Part shown: positions 28,291 through 37,796 of the stretch, piece by piece
Position numbering within the stretch: position 1 is the first letter of the stretch
How the letters are laid out: each line of letters opens with the position of its first letter
Position numbers and translations under genes: made by a program
The notes under the pieces: generated by a model
What the model saw: only the letters and a program-made list of their open reading frames with translations
Told to the model about the DNA's origin: nothing
Databases searched by the model: none
Assembly (NCBI GenBank): GCA_020350365.1
Contig: CP070712.1
Location: forward strand, 64,812 to 116,252
Length of the DNA: 51,441 nt
Source: Thermoplasmatales archaeon
Lineage (GTDB): Archaea > Thermoplasmatota > E2 > DHVEG-1
Direction: 5' to 3'

Positions 28291-29448
28291 ATGAGCAATG
28301 CTGATTGGTTCAAAGATACAGTGATCTATCACATTTTGATCGATCGTTTTGCTGGATTTAAATCCATAGAAAATTGGGAGAGGCCGGAATTTTTAGGTGG
28401 AAACATTAAGGGCATTATTGAAAAACTTTCGTATTTAGAAGGCCTTGGAATAAAAACAATATGGATTTCACCATTTTACAAAACAAGTGAATATCATGGT
28501 TATCATGTCACAGATTTTTTTGAGGTTGACCAACATTTTGGGACAACAAATGATATAAAAGAATTAATTGAAAAAGTTCATAAAAAAGATATGAAAATAA
28601 TTGCAGATTTTGTGCCCAATCATTGTTCAAAGAATCATCCCTATTTTCTGGAAGCTCAAAGAAAAAAGAATAGTGAATATAGAAACTGGTTTTATTTTGA
28701 TAAATGGCCTGATAAATATCGCTGTTTCCTAAGTATAAAACAAATTCCAAAAATAAATCTTGAAAATGAAGATGCTAGAACTTATATAATAAACGCAGCA
28801 AAGCATTGGCTTTCCTTAGGTTTTGATGGTTACAGACTAGATCATTGTATAGGTCCCTCACATAATTTTTGGCAAATATTTACAAGAGAAATAAAAAAGA
28901 TGTTTCCAAATGTTGTCTTGATCGGGGAAGCATGGATGAAGGGAATTAAATTCAAGGAACTTAAAACTATCAATATTAGAAATAAGACTATAAAATGGCT
29001 TTTTGGTGCATCATCTGACAAACTATTGGCAGAGTATATTGGTGAACTTGATGGTGTTCTTGATTTCAGATTTCAAGAATTAATAAAAAGCTATATAGCT
29101 ACAGGCAACATTGGAAAAGAAGATTTTTATAATGAGTTAAAACATCATTATAAAAAATATCCGCAAGAATACTACCTTCCAACCTTTTTAGACAATCATG
29201 ATATGAATCGTTTCTTGTTTGATTGTAAAAATGATAAAGAAAAACTAAAAAAGGCAGCAAAAATCCAATTCTCAATTTCCCAACCTCAAATAATTTATTA
29301 TGGTACAGAGATTGGATTGTCACAGGAAAAATCAATATGGAGTTTTACTTCACATGGCGACCTACAGGCCCGACGTCCGATGAATTGGGGTAATATAGAT
29401 TCTAATCTAAAAAAATTTTATAGCTCGCTAATAAAAAATAATAGATAA
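28291..29448 (+). CDS. GH13 alpha-amylase family (cyclomaltodextrinase/neopullulanase-like), cytoplasmic
   Basis: YHGYHVTDF, DFVPNH, GYRLD, GEAW, DNHD, YYGTEIG. No signal peptide. Confidence 0.9.
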   Translation: MSNADWFKDTVIYHILIDRFAGFKSIENWERPEFLGGNIKGIIEKLSYLEGLGIKTIWISPFYKTSEYHGYHVTDFFEVDQHFGTTNDIKELIEKVHKKDMKIIADFVPNHCSKNHPYFLEAQRKKNSEYRNWFYFDKWPDKYRCFLSIKQIPKINLENEDARTYIINAAKHWLSLGFDGYRLDHCIGPSHNFWQIFTREIKKMFPNVVLIGEAWMKGIKFKELKTINIRNKTIKWLFGASSDKLLAEYIGELDGVLDFRFQELIKSYIATGNIGKEDFYNELKHHYKKYPQEYYLPTFLDNHDMNRFLFDCKNDKEKLKKAAKIQFSISQPQIIYYGTEIGLSQEKSIWSFTSHGDLQARRPMNWGNIDSNLKKFYSSLIKNNR

Positions 29449-29582
29449 CATGATTATTTCTCACAAAATTTAATAAAATCTGTGAGTTATTTCTTCAATT
29501 CGTTATTTGATAATATTTTTTTTCGTTTGAATAAATACTTATTTGTATACATAAAAATATATATTAAATAATCGTGGTTATT

Positions 29583-29629
29583 TTGAACATATCAAATACT
29601 ATTTCAATATTTAGTTTTAGTTTGTTCAA
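29583..29629 (+). promoter_or_regulatory. TTGAAC-N35-GTTCAA operator (copy 2)
   Basis: TTGAACA at 29583-89 and TGTTCAA at 29623-29; the site ends 61 bp before ATG 29690. Confidence 0.65.
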
Positions 29630-29689
29630 ATATTATATGATAACTCTTTTATTTAAAATTTATTTTTAAAAATAAATGGAGGTATAATT

Positions 29690-31912
29690 ATGAAAAAAAT
29701 ATTTACAATTTTTTTAATAGGGCTTTTAGTAATTTGTGGTTTTGGAGCTAGTGCGATTGAAGAAGAAACAAAAAATTTTGATTTATTCGAAATTAATGAT
29801 GGAACAATTAGTGTAATAATACAAGTTGAAACAGTTGATATTGAAAAAACGATAAATGGAGATAAAATATCAATTGATGGCTTTGGTCAATTATTGGTTA
29901 CTGGAAAACCAAAAATGCCATCAAAAATAATATCTATTGCCATTCCGCCAGGTGCAAGGTTAGTGGATATAAATTATGAAGTTGAAAAAGAAGTTATCCT
30001 TCCCGGAAACTATCAAATAATAAAAGCTCAACCACCAGATATTGAATTAGAAAAGAAAAAAGATTCCAAATTATTTGAAATATACCATTATAAAGAAGAT
30101 TATGAAAATGTATACAATAGCAACAATCCTTATCCATCATCTATTATAGAATATGTCCAATCTTCAGGTTATAGAAAGTACAATTTGGTAGATGTCAGAG
30201 TAAACCCGGCAACATATTATCCTTTAGATGGTAAATTGATTTACTACCCTGAAATAAAAATAGATATCAGTTACACATTTGAAGTTGATTTTTCAATTGA
30301 TGATATAATAAACGATAATATCTACAAGACCGAAAGCTTTGCAAAGACTATCATTTATAATTACGAAAAAGCAAAAGATTGGTATCTAGAATCTGATCGC
30401 GGCAGGCAAACATATGATTATGTAATAATCACACTTGACTCATTGACCTCATATATAGATGATTTGGTAGCATGGGAAGAAGCAAAAGGAAAAAATGTTT
30501 TTGTCGCAACAACAGATTGGATTGATTTAAATTATGAAGGATACGATCTTGCTGAAAAAATGAGGAATTTTTTAAGGGAAAAGTATCCATCTGAACAATG
30601 GGGAATACAAGACCTAATAATAATTGGTCATAGAGATGACATACCTATGCGACTTACCTGGCAGGATATCGGTGGTGGAAAACCAGAAACAGATTATTAT
30701 TATGCAGAGCTATCTCTTCCAGATAATGAATCTTGGGATGCTGATGGAGATCATCAATATGGCGAGGATTCTGATCCAATTGATTTTTATGGTGAGATAA
30801 ATGTTGGTAGAATACCTTGGAGCGATCCATTAACTGTTCAACATATCTGTGAAAAATCTGTAATTTATGAACAAAACAACGACCCTTCATTCAAAAACAA
30901 TATTCTACTTCTTGCAGCCTTTATTGATAGCAATACAGATGGAGCTGTTTTTATGGAATATTCAGCAAACAAATCTATTCATCCTTGGATGGCTTACTTT
31001 ATGAAAACACGTCTTTATGAGTTTCGCTCTAGCTATGAAAAAGATTATATTCTTACTCATCAAAATGTAGTAGATATATGGTCATCTGGAAAATATGGAT
31101 TTGTCAGCTGGCATGCACATGGTTCACCAAATGGTTGTTCATTTATAACAGTTGATGATTGCGATTTATTAAATGACGATTATCCAGCAATTATTAGTGC
31201 TGCATCCTGTAGCAATTCTGATACAGATTACCTAAATATTGGTCAGGCAATGATGAAAAAAGGAGCTGTTGGTTTTCTTGGGGCAAATAAAGCTGCATAT
31301 TATTGTTCTGGTTGGGATGATCCTAATGATGGTAGTGACCAATCCTTTAAATATTTCTTCAAATCAAAAGTGACATCTGGAGATTATACTCAAGGGCAGG
31401 CTCATCAATACGCAATTAGTGAAATGTATGAGAGAGGCTTGTGGTACGATTTAAAATATGAAACCTTTATACATGGCTCTTTATGGGGAAATCCAGATTT
31501 AGGGATGAACTCATTAAGTGAAAATGATCCACCAGAAAAACCTATGCAAGCATTAGGTCCATTAAATGGAAAAGTTGGGGTTGAATACTTCTATTCCTCA
31601 TCAACAACAGATCCAAACAATGAAGAACTTTTCTACCTATTTGACTGGGGTGATGGGACAAATAGTGGATGGTTTGGACCATATATATCTGGAGGACCTG
31701 TTGAAGCATCACATACCTGGTCTGATGTAGATAACTTTGAAATAAAGATAATAGCCCAAGATATCAATGGAACAAAAAGTGTATGGTCTGACCCAGTTAG
31801 TGTTGAGATACCACGATTAAAAACACAAACTTTCAAAGTTATTATGTTTGAGTGGTTATTCGAAAGATTTGCCAATGCAATTCCATTTATAAAATATATA
31901 TTAGGGCAATAA
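29690..31912 (+). CDS. Peptidase C25 with propeptide + PKD + conserved tail
   Basis: GKPKMP propeptide, ETDYYYAEL, VGRIP, WHAHGS, AASCSN, WGNP. Tail IPRLK...ERFANAIPFIKYILGQ. Confidence 0.9.
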   Translation: MKKIFTIFLIGLLVICGFGASAIEEETKNFDLFEINDGTISVIIQVETVDIEKTINGDKISIDGFGQLLVTGKPKMPSKIISIAIPPGARLVDINYEVEKEVILPGNYQIIKAQPPDIELEKKKDSKLFEIYHYKEDYENVYNSNNPYPSSIIEYVQSSGYRKYNLVDVRVNPATYYPLDGKLIYYPEIKIDISYTFEVDFSIDDIINDNIYKTESFAKTIIYNYEKAKDWYLESDRGRQTYDYVIITLDSLTSYIDDLVAWEEAKGKNVFVATTDWIDLNYEGYDLAEKMRNFLREKYPSEQWGIQDLIIIGHRDDIPMRLTWQDIGGGKPETDYYYAELSLPDNESWDADGDHQYGEDSDPIDFYGEINVGRIPWSDPLTVQHICEKSVIYEQNNDPSFKNNILLLAAFIDSNTDGAVFMEYSANKSIHPWMAYFMKTRLYEFRSSYEKDYILTHQNVVDIWSSGKYGFVSWHAHGSPNGCSFITVDDCDLLNDDYPAIISAASCSNSDTDYLNIGQAMMKKGAVGFLGANKAAYYCSGWDDPNDGSDQSFKYFFKSKVTSGDYTQGQAHQYAISEMYERGLWYDLKYETFIHGSLWGNPDLGMNSLSENDPPEKPMQALGPLNGKVGVEYFYSSSTTDPNNEELFYLFDWGDGTNSGWFGPYISGGPVEASHTWSDVDNFEIKIIAQDINGTKSVWSDPVSVEIPRLKTQTFKVIMFEWLFERFANAIPFIKYILGQ

Positions 31913-31924
31913 AAATTGCCCTAA
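31901..31924 (+). terminator. Hairpin over the stop codon (possibly bidirectional)
   Basis: TTAGGGCAAT-AAAA-ATTGCCCTAA forms a 10-bp perfect stem between convergent genes. Confidence 0.65.
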
Positions 31925-31956
31925 ATTTAAATATTGGGTTTAAACCAAGTTCTACT

Positions 31957-32379
31957 CTACTCAAAAAGAAAAACAAAGTTACGAATTGATATTCCACTTC
32001 TTGTAACAACTTTACCTTCTGCTTCAGCAGTAATTGTTATTAATTTTATTCCATCAGGATAGCAAATTAAAGGGCTGATATGCTGAGTATGAGATATTTC
32101 TGATGCTACAGTTTCGTTTGATACATAAGTGCCATCCAAGCCATTCAGAAAAAAATAATCAAGTGTTAAGTTAACAAAAAGATTTATATCTTCAGTTTTG
32201 TGATTTAATGTTTCAACACAAACTCCAAATCCATTATCTTTTCCACGATAACCAGCAGATATACTGATTTCAACATCGTTTTCAACTTTTCCCAAAGATT
32301 GTGCATTAATAATAGAAGATGGTATAGCTAGTACTATAAATAGCGTACAAATAACTATTAAAATTATTTTCCTCTTCAT
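31957..32379 (-). CDS. Small secreted beta-sandwich protein
   Basis: GGTGA RBS and signal peptide. Resembles the C-terminal domain of 47856..50543 (ITITAE...TRSG + hydrophobic last strand). Confidence 0.75.
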   Translation of the reverse strand: MKRKIILIVICTLFIVLAIPSSIINAQSLGKVENDVEISISAGYRGKDNGFGVCVETLNHKTEDINLFVNLTLDYFFLNGLDGTYVSNETVASEISHTQHISPLICYPDGIKLITITAEAEGKVVTRSGISIRNFVFLFE

Positions 32380-32520
32380 GATTTATCACCATAATTATTA
32401 ATTAGTTGATACATTTAAAAGAGTTACAATTGAAATTTAATGAAAAACGGAAATAATTATTCAGATTTTTTCCATTTGTAAAATTTTTATCTTTTTAATT
32501 TTGATGAAGAATCAAAAAAA

Positions 32521-33489
32521 CTATATTTCTGGAATATATTGACTTTTATATATCTTTGAGATATATGATTGTTTATAGTTTTTTATTGTATCTGGAAACT
32601 TGTTTATCAGATCAGCCATAATATCTTGAAGTTGATCAAAACTTTTTACATAAAATTCCAGTTCCAGGTCAGCGTAACCCGCTGATCTATCAATTAATAT
32701 CAGGTAAGGATTTTTTTTGATATATGCTATTATTCTTCTTATCTTTGAATAATCTGCCAAATCAATATCCACTTTAAAATATTCATAACCAAGTTTTGAA
32801 TAATCAATATGCACTCTGAAACCCTGAATTACCTCTAAATCAATTAATTTTCTAATTCTGTCTCTTATTGTCTTACCAGAAACTTTTAGTTTTTCTATCA
32901 TTTCAACGATTTGAATTCTTGAATTTGATGCAAGGAGTTTTAATATTTTAAAATCAAGATTGTCATATTCCACCTGAGAACCTCCACCAACTATTGTAAA
33001 ATCCTCTCTGTCCTTTTTTGGATAGTTATCAAGAATAAATGAAAATCTATAATGATATAATTGGGTGTATGGGGAAAAAATTTGTTGAGCAAAATACTTT
33101 CTATATTTGAAGAGTGTCTTTTCCCAAAAACTGTAGAAATCATTTATTTTCTTCACCCAAATTATTACAACAAGGTCATATCTACCAGTGGTACTTCCGA
33201 CCCACCAAGTGTATTTGTTTTTAATAAAATAATCTATGATTTCTTTTTCAATTTCCTGATTGATGTTTTCAAATACAAGATAAAATCGTTGGCTTGTATA
33301 TCCAAGTTTAAATGTATCAATGACAGTGTAAAAATTTTTAATAATTCCTCTTTCTTGAAGGCGCTTTATCCTATAACTGACATTTGCTTTTGAGAGATTA
33401 ATTTTTTTTCCAATATCAGAAATCGTTTGTCTGGAGTTTAAATCCAATTGATATAGAATTTTTTTATCAATATTGTCAAGTTCAATCAT
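32521..33489 (-). CDS. Tandem (double) Lrp/AsnC transcriptional regulator
   Basis: Two wHTH+RAM units, LDNIDKKIL..NSRQ and DNLDFKIL..NSRI. Paralog of 5264..6271. Confidence 0.9.
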   Translation of the reverse strand: MIELDNIDKKILYQLDLNSRQTISDIGKKINLSKANVSYRIKRLQERGIIKNFYTVIDTFKLGYTSQRFYLVFENINQEIEKEIIDYFIKNKYTWWVGSTTGRYDLVVIIWVKKINDFYSFWEKTLFKYRKYFAQQIFSPYTQLYHYRFSFILDNYPKKDREDFTIVGGGSQVEYDNLDFKILKLLASNSRIQIVEMIEKLKVSGKTIRDRIRKLIDLEVIQGFRVHIDYSKLGYEYFKVDIDLADYSKIRRIIAYIKKNPYLILIDRSAGYADLELEFYVKSFDQLQDIMADLINKFPDTIKNYKQSYISKIYKSQYIPEI

Positions 33490-33619
33490 TAATTGTTCAT
33501 ATGGTAATTATTATTTAAAATTATTTCCATTTGTAAAAAAATTAAAATGAAATATTTTTTATTGTTTCCTTTTCTTATTGAAATATGATAAAAAATAAAA
33601 AAATATTGGAGGAAGAGTT

Positions 33620-34855
33620 ATGAAAATTAAAAAAATATTTGTAAAATATTTTACAATATTTATTGCAATTACAATTTTTTTGCCATCAATTCTTGCACAA
33701 ACATCAGATAATAATCAAAAAAGCATATTTCAAAAAAATAAATCAAATATAATTGAGACGAAGAGTTGGACTGCTTTATATTATTTAGATGTTGATTGGG
33801 ATTCAAATAATTTCGATGCTCTTGAATATTGGTTCATTGATGAAATCGCTTCAAATGAACATCTTAATGTAATTGTAATTCAAGACAGAGAAAACGATCC
33901 TGCTTATTTGTATTATATTGATGAGAACCACAACAAAATCCTTCTTGAAGAACTTGGAGAAATAAACATGGGAGATTACCAAACATTAAGAGATTTTATT
34001 GCCTTTGGTAAAGAAAACTATCCTGCTGACCGCTATCAATTAAATATATACAATCATGGGGGTGCATGGATGGGTGCCTGCATCGATACCACTGATAATG
34101 ATCAACTTATCATGGATGAATTCCAACAAGCTCTATCTGAAACAGGCGGAGTAGATATTTTGTTCTGGATAGGTTGTTGTCTTATGGGTTCAATTGAGAC
34201 AGTATATGAACTTACTGGTCTTGTTGATGTATCTGTAGGTAGCGAAGATTTAGGATTTATGGATTGGTGGAACAACGTCTTTGATGATATGTGCACTATT
34301 GTAAAAGATGATCCTTACATTACGACAGCTGACCTTGGTAAGAGTATTGTTGAAATCATTGGTGATAATCCAAATTCTTATTCAAATTATTTAACGATGA
34401 GCGCAATTGATGTCAACAAAGTACCTGCTCTTGTTGATGCATTCAATTCTCTAAGTAAAGATTTAGGAAAAAAATGGTTTCGAGAAGGTTTTAAAAAGAC
34501 AAAACTAGCCCATGACCAAACATATCAATTAGCCCAAATTGACCAATATGCTGAAATGTTTGAAGTTTATGACCTTAAAGAATTTGTTGAAAATCTTGAT
34601 CAAAATGATTTGACAATATCAGTTTTGAACGCATTTGATGAAGCAGTTATAATAAAACGTCATGGTGAAGACAGAGAAAGAACCAATGGATTATCTATAT
34701 TCTTTCCTTCATGGATATCAAGATACAAGTTGTTAAACTCATATAACAATAAAAATATTGCCAGAAACCTTGATTTTCCTAAAGATACGATCTGGAATGA
34801 ATTTCTGAATCTCTTTGTAATTACCAACATACTATTTGGGAGGCTATTAACATGA
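33620..34855 (+). CDS. Secreted clostripain-family peptidase C11
   Basis: Signal peptide, WTALYY, EINMGD..TL..F, NHGGAW (His), GCCLMGSIE (Cys), GSED, GLSIFFP. Confidence 0.88.
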   Translation: MKIKKIFVKYFTIFIAITIFLPSILAQTSDNNQKSIFQKNKSNIIETKSWTALYYLDVDWDSNNFDALEYWFIDEIASNEHLNVIVIQDRENDPAYLYYIDENHNKILLEELGEINMGDYQTLRDFIAFGKENYPADRYQLNIYNHGGAWMGACIDTTDNDQLIMDEFQQALSETGGVDILFWIGCCLMGSIETVYELTGLVDVSVGSEDLGFMDWWNNVFDDMCTIVKDDPYITTADLGKSIVEIIGDNPNSYSNYLTMSAIDVNKVPALVDAFNSLSKDLGKKWFREGFKKTKLAHDQTYQLAQIDQYAEMFEVYDLKEFVENLDQNDLTISVLNAFDEAVIIKRHGEDRERTNGLSIFFPSWISRYKLLNSYNNKNIARNLDFPKDTIWNEFLNLFVITNILFGRLLT

Positions 34856-36120
34856 AAATTATCAATAAAAAATCTAATAATATTTCAAATATGAAGAAAA
34901 TTCCTATCTTGTTAGTAATATCATTAGTAATGCTTCTGTTATCTAACAATTGCTCCTTAGCATGTACTGGATTTACATATTCAGAAGGTGAACAGGTCCT
35001 AGTAGGAAGCAATGAAGACTGGAATGATTATGATTTCTGGATAAGGTTCTTAGTCGCTGAAAAGGATACATACGGACGATTAATATTTGAGAATGATTGG
35101 CCAATACCACCTGATCCAAATTGGCGTTGCCCACAGGCTGGTATGAATGATCAAGGGTTGTTCTATGATTGTTTTGCAACCCCTTATTTATTACCTGTAA
35201 ACTCTTCTTATAAACCGCATTATTACAACAGCAGTGATCATTACAAATATTCGCTTGAGTCATATTGTCTGTCGGTTTGTTCAACAATAGAGGAAGTACT
35301 TGATCTTTATGATAGTTATAACCTTGAACATATGGAAAGATATCAAGTTTTATGGGTTGATAAAACGGGTGCTTCAATTATAATTGAAGGTGACGATATC
35401 GTCTTTAAACAAGGAGAGTACCAGGTTGTAACAAATTTCATACAAACACATCCAGAACTTGGCGGATACCCATGCTGGAGATACAATACCGCAGTGGATA
35501 TGCTTGATAACATGAATGATTTAACAGTTGAATATTTCTCAGCAATATGCAATGCAACGCATCAGACTGGGACATATCCAAGTGTCTATTCAGGAGTTTA
35601 TGATTTAAACGAAGAAATTCTCTATCTTTATTATTTCTATAATTATGACAATGTTGTGGTAATAGATTTGAATGAAGAACTATTGCTTGGGGAACATGTC
35701 TATTTTTTAGCAGATCTATTTGAATCGTTTAACCAACCACCAGATAAACCAAATACTCCAATAGGACCTGTTTCAGGTAAAATAGGTAAAAAATTCACAT
35801 ATGAAAGTCAAACAACAGACCCTGATAATGACCAATTAAATTATATTTTTGACTGGGGGGATGGGACAAATAGCGGTTGGCAAGGTCCTGTTAATTCCGG
35901 AGACAAATTTGAGGCATCACATAGATGGATAATACAGGGAAGCTTCAATATTAAAGTAAAAGCAAGAGACTCAAAGGGACTGGAAAGTGAATGGTCAGAT
36001 CCAATAACTGTAACAATTCCCAGAAACAGAGAATCTATACTGAGTTTTAATTTATTAGAGTGGATTTTCGAAAGATTCCCAAATATGTTTCCTATCATTA
36101 GATATTTGATTGGGCAATAA
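34852..36120 (+). CDS. Secreted Cys-Ntn hydrolase (C59/C45-like) + PKD + conserved tail
   Basis: SLA|CTGF, GSNED, GMNDQGL. Paralog of 6733..7965. ATGA overlap with the clostripain stop. Tail IPRNR...ERFPNMFPIIRYLIGQ. Confidence 0.87.
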   Translation: MKIINKKSNNISNMKKIPILLVISLVMLLLSNNCSLACTGFTYSEGEQVLVGSNEDWNDYDFWIRFLVAEKDTYGRLIFENDWPIPPDPNWRCPQAGMNDQGLFYDCFATPYLLPVNSSYKPHYYNSSDHYKYSLESYCLSVCSTIEEVLDLYDSYNLEHMERYQVLWVDKTGASIIIEGDDIVFKQGEYQVVTNFIQTHPELGGYPCWRYNTAVDMLDNMNDLTVEYFSAICNATHQTGTYPSVYSGVYDLNEEILYLYYFYNYDNVVVIDLNEELLLGEHVYFLADLFESFNQPPDKPNTPIGPVSGKIGKKFTYESQTTDPDNDQLNYIFDWGDGTNSGWQGPVNSGDKFEASHRWIIQGSFNIKVKARDSKGLESEWSDPITVTIPRNRESILSFNLLEWIFERFPNMFPIIRYLIGQ

Positions 36121-36194
36121 ATAGTGCCCTTTTTCTTTTTTAGAAAATACTTATTTGTATATATACTTATATATATTGTTGTTAAGATTACTAA

Positions 36195-36240
36195 TTGAAC
36201 ATATAAAATATTTTTACAATATATCTTTTATTTTGTTCAA
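36195..36240 (+). promoter_or_regulatory. TTGAAC-N34-GTTCAA operator (copy 3)
   Basis: TTGAACA at 36195-36201 and TGTTCAA at 36234-40; the site ends 59 bp before ATG 36299. Confidence 0.65.
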
Positions 36241-36298
36241 ATATTTTATAACAAATCTTTAATTTTAAAATGTTTTTAAAAATAAGGGAGGAATAAAT

Positions 36299-37672
36299 AT
36301 GAAAAAAATATTTATAATATTTTTAATAGAGCTACTAGTACTAAGTAGTTATGGGGCTTGTGCAATATCTGAAAATGAAAACAAAACAATATCGCCATCA
36401 TTAATTTATGAGAATTATGATATGGTGATTATTACTCCTCGAAAGTTTTCATCTGCAATTCAACCATTGATTGATCATAAAAATAGCTATGGCATTCAAA
36501 CAACTTTGAAGACAACGGAAGAAATATATTCAGAATATCATGGCCGAGACAAAGCAGAACAAATTAAGTATTTTATTAAAGATGCTTTAGAAGAATGGAA
36601 TATTACCTATGTACTTCTTTTAGGTGGTCGTAAAGGCCAATTTCCTAAATTTTACATTCCTGGAAGATATGTGATTTTGGACGATGGTTATACAGACCTT
36701 CCGTATCTAAGTGATACATATTATGCTGATATTTACAAGCAGGATGGTGAATTTGATGACTGGGACAGCAATGGTGATGGAATTTTTGCAGAATGGGGAA
36801 ACGATACATTGGATTTGGAACCAGACGTCTATGTGGGAAGATTACCTTGTAGATATACATTTGAAGTAAAAATTGTTGTAGATAAGATTATTGAATATGA
36901 AACTACAGCATATGGTGAAGAATGGTTCAATAAAATGATAGTTCTAGGTGGTGACACAAATCCTGGTATTGGCGATCCGTTTCCAAATGAAGGGGAGGCT
37001 GCATGTGAATACATTTCTGATATGATGGTTGGTTTTGATATTACAAAACTATATTGTTCTGATGGAACACTTACCGGTCATAAGGAATTACTATCAGAAT
37101 TCAACAAAGGATGCGGATTTATTTTGTATGAGGGACACGGTCTTCAGAACAGAATAGAGACATTCAATCCAGATGCAGAACCTGTCGAACCATTTCACAA
37201 CAAGTATGTTCCCCTACTTAGAAATAAGGGGAAGTATCCAATAAGTGTTTTTGGATGCTGTGTAACAGCAAAATTTGATGTGACAATCTTAAATATTTTC
37301 AATCCAAATCGATTCGGAAAATCTGATTGTACTCCTGAGGAGATTGGTTGGAGACTTGTTAGAAAACCAAAAGGTGGAAGTATAGCCCATATTGGTGCAA
37401 CATCTGTTGTTTGGGGATATGCAGGAGATCTAAACGAAAATGGAATACCTGATTCTGTTGAATTTGGACTTCTTGAATGGATAAACATGGAATTTTTCAG
37501 ATTATATATAGAAGAAGGCTATGAGCATATTGGAGAAATGCATTGGGAGACAATGCGAAATTACTGTAATTCTTTTAATGTTCATACAAACAAACTTGAC
37601 TGCAAGCATGTTCAACAGATAACACTAATTGGTGATCCTAGTCTAAAGGTTGGTGGATATTCTAGTATTTAA
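36299..37672 (+). CDS. Peptidase C25 catalytic domain only (no propeptide, PKD or tail)
   Basis: SDTYYAD, VYVGRLP, YEGHG, GCCVTA; ends IGDPSLKVGGYSSI. Confidence 0.88.
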   Translation: MKKIFIIFLIELLVLSSYGACAISENENKTISPSLIYENYDMVIITPRKFSSAIQPLIDHKNSYGIQTTLKTTEEIYSEYHGRDKAEQIKYFIKDALEEWNITYVLLLGGRKGQFPKFYIPGRYVILDDGYTDLPYLSDTYYADIYKQDGEFDDWDSNGDGIFAEWGNDTLDLEPDVYVGRLPCRYTFEVKIVVDKIIEYETTAYGEEWFNKMIVLGGDTNPGIGDPFPNEGEAACEYISDMMVGFDITKLYCSDGTLTGHKELLSEFNKGCGFILYEGHGLQNRIETFNPDAEPVEPFHNKYVPLLRNKGKYPISVFGCCVTAKFDVTILNIFNPNRFGKSDCTPEEIGWRLVRKPKGGSIAHIGATSVVWGYAGDLNENGIPDSVEFGLLEWINMEFFRLYIEEGYEHIGEMHWETMRNYCNSFNVHTNKLDCKHVQQITLIGDPSLKVGGYSSI

Positions 37673-37692
37673 ATTAAAGAAAAAAAGCTAAA

Positions 37693-37739
37693 TTGGACAT
37701 AATCACTATATAAATTGTAAATAATTTTCTTTTGTTCAA
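37693..37739 (+). promoter_or_regulatory. TTGGAC-N35-GTTCAA operator (copy 4)
   Basis: TTGGACA at 37693-99 and TGTTCAA at 37733-39; the site ends 58 bp before GTG 37797. Confidence 0.6.
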
Positions 37740-37796
37740 TTTATTAATAACATATCTTTAATATTGTAACCTAATATTGATAATTGGAGGAATAAT

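Noticed and set aside
34790..34855. Clostripain C-terminus (WNEFLNLFVITNILFGRLLT) as a 15th tail copy
   Set aside because: It is amphipathic but lacks PRx[RK] and FP motifs, and WxxFL is part of the normal C11 end.
21992..37672. Bacteroidota origin or T9SS, suggested by gingipains and C10
   Set aside because: No T9SS CTD or por/spr genes. Archaeal signals are present (PGF-CTERM, GGTGA RBS, TATA-type promoters, tandem Lrp).
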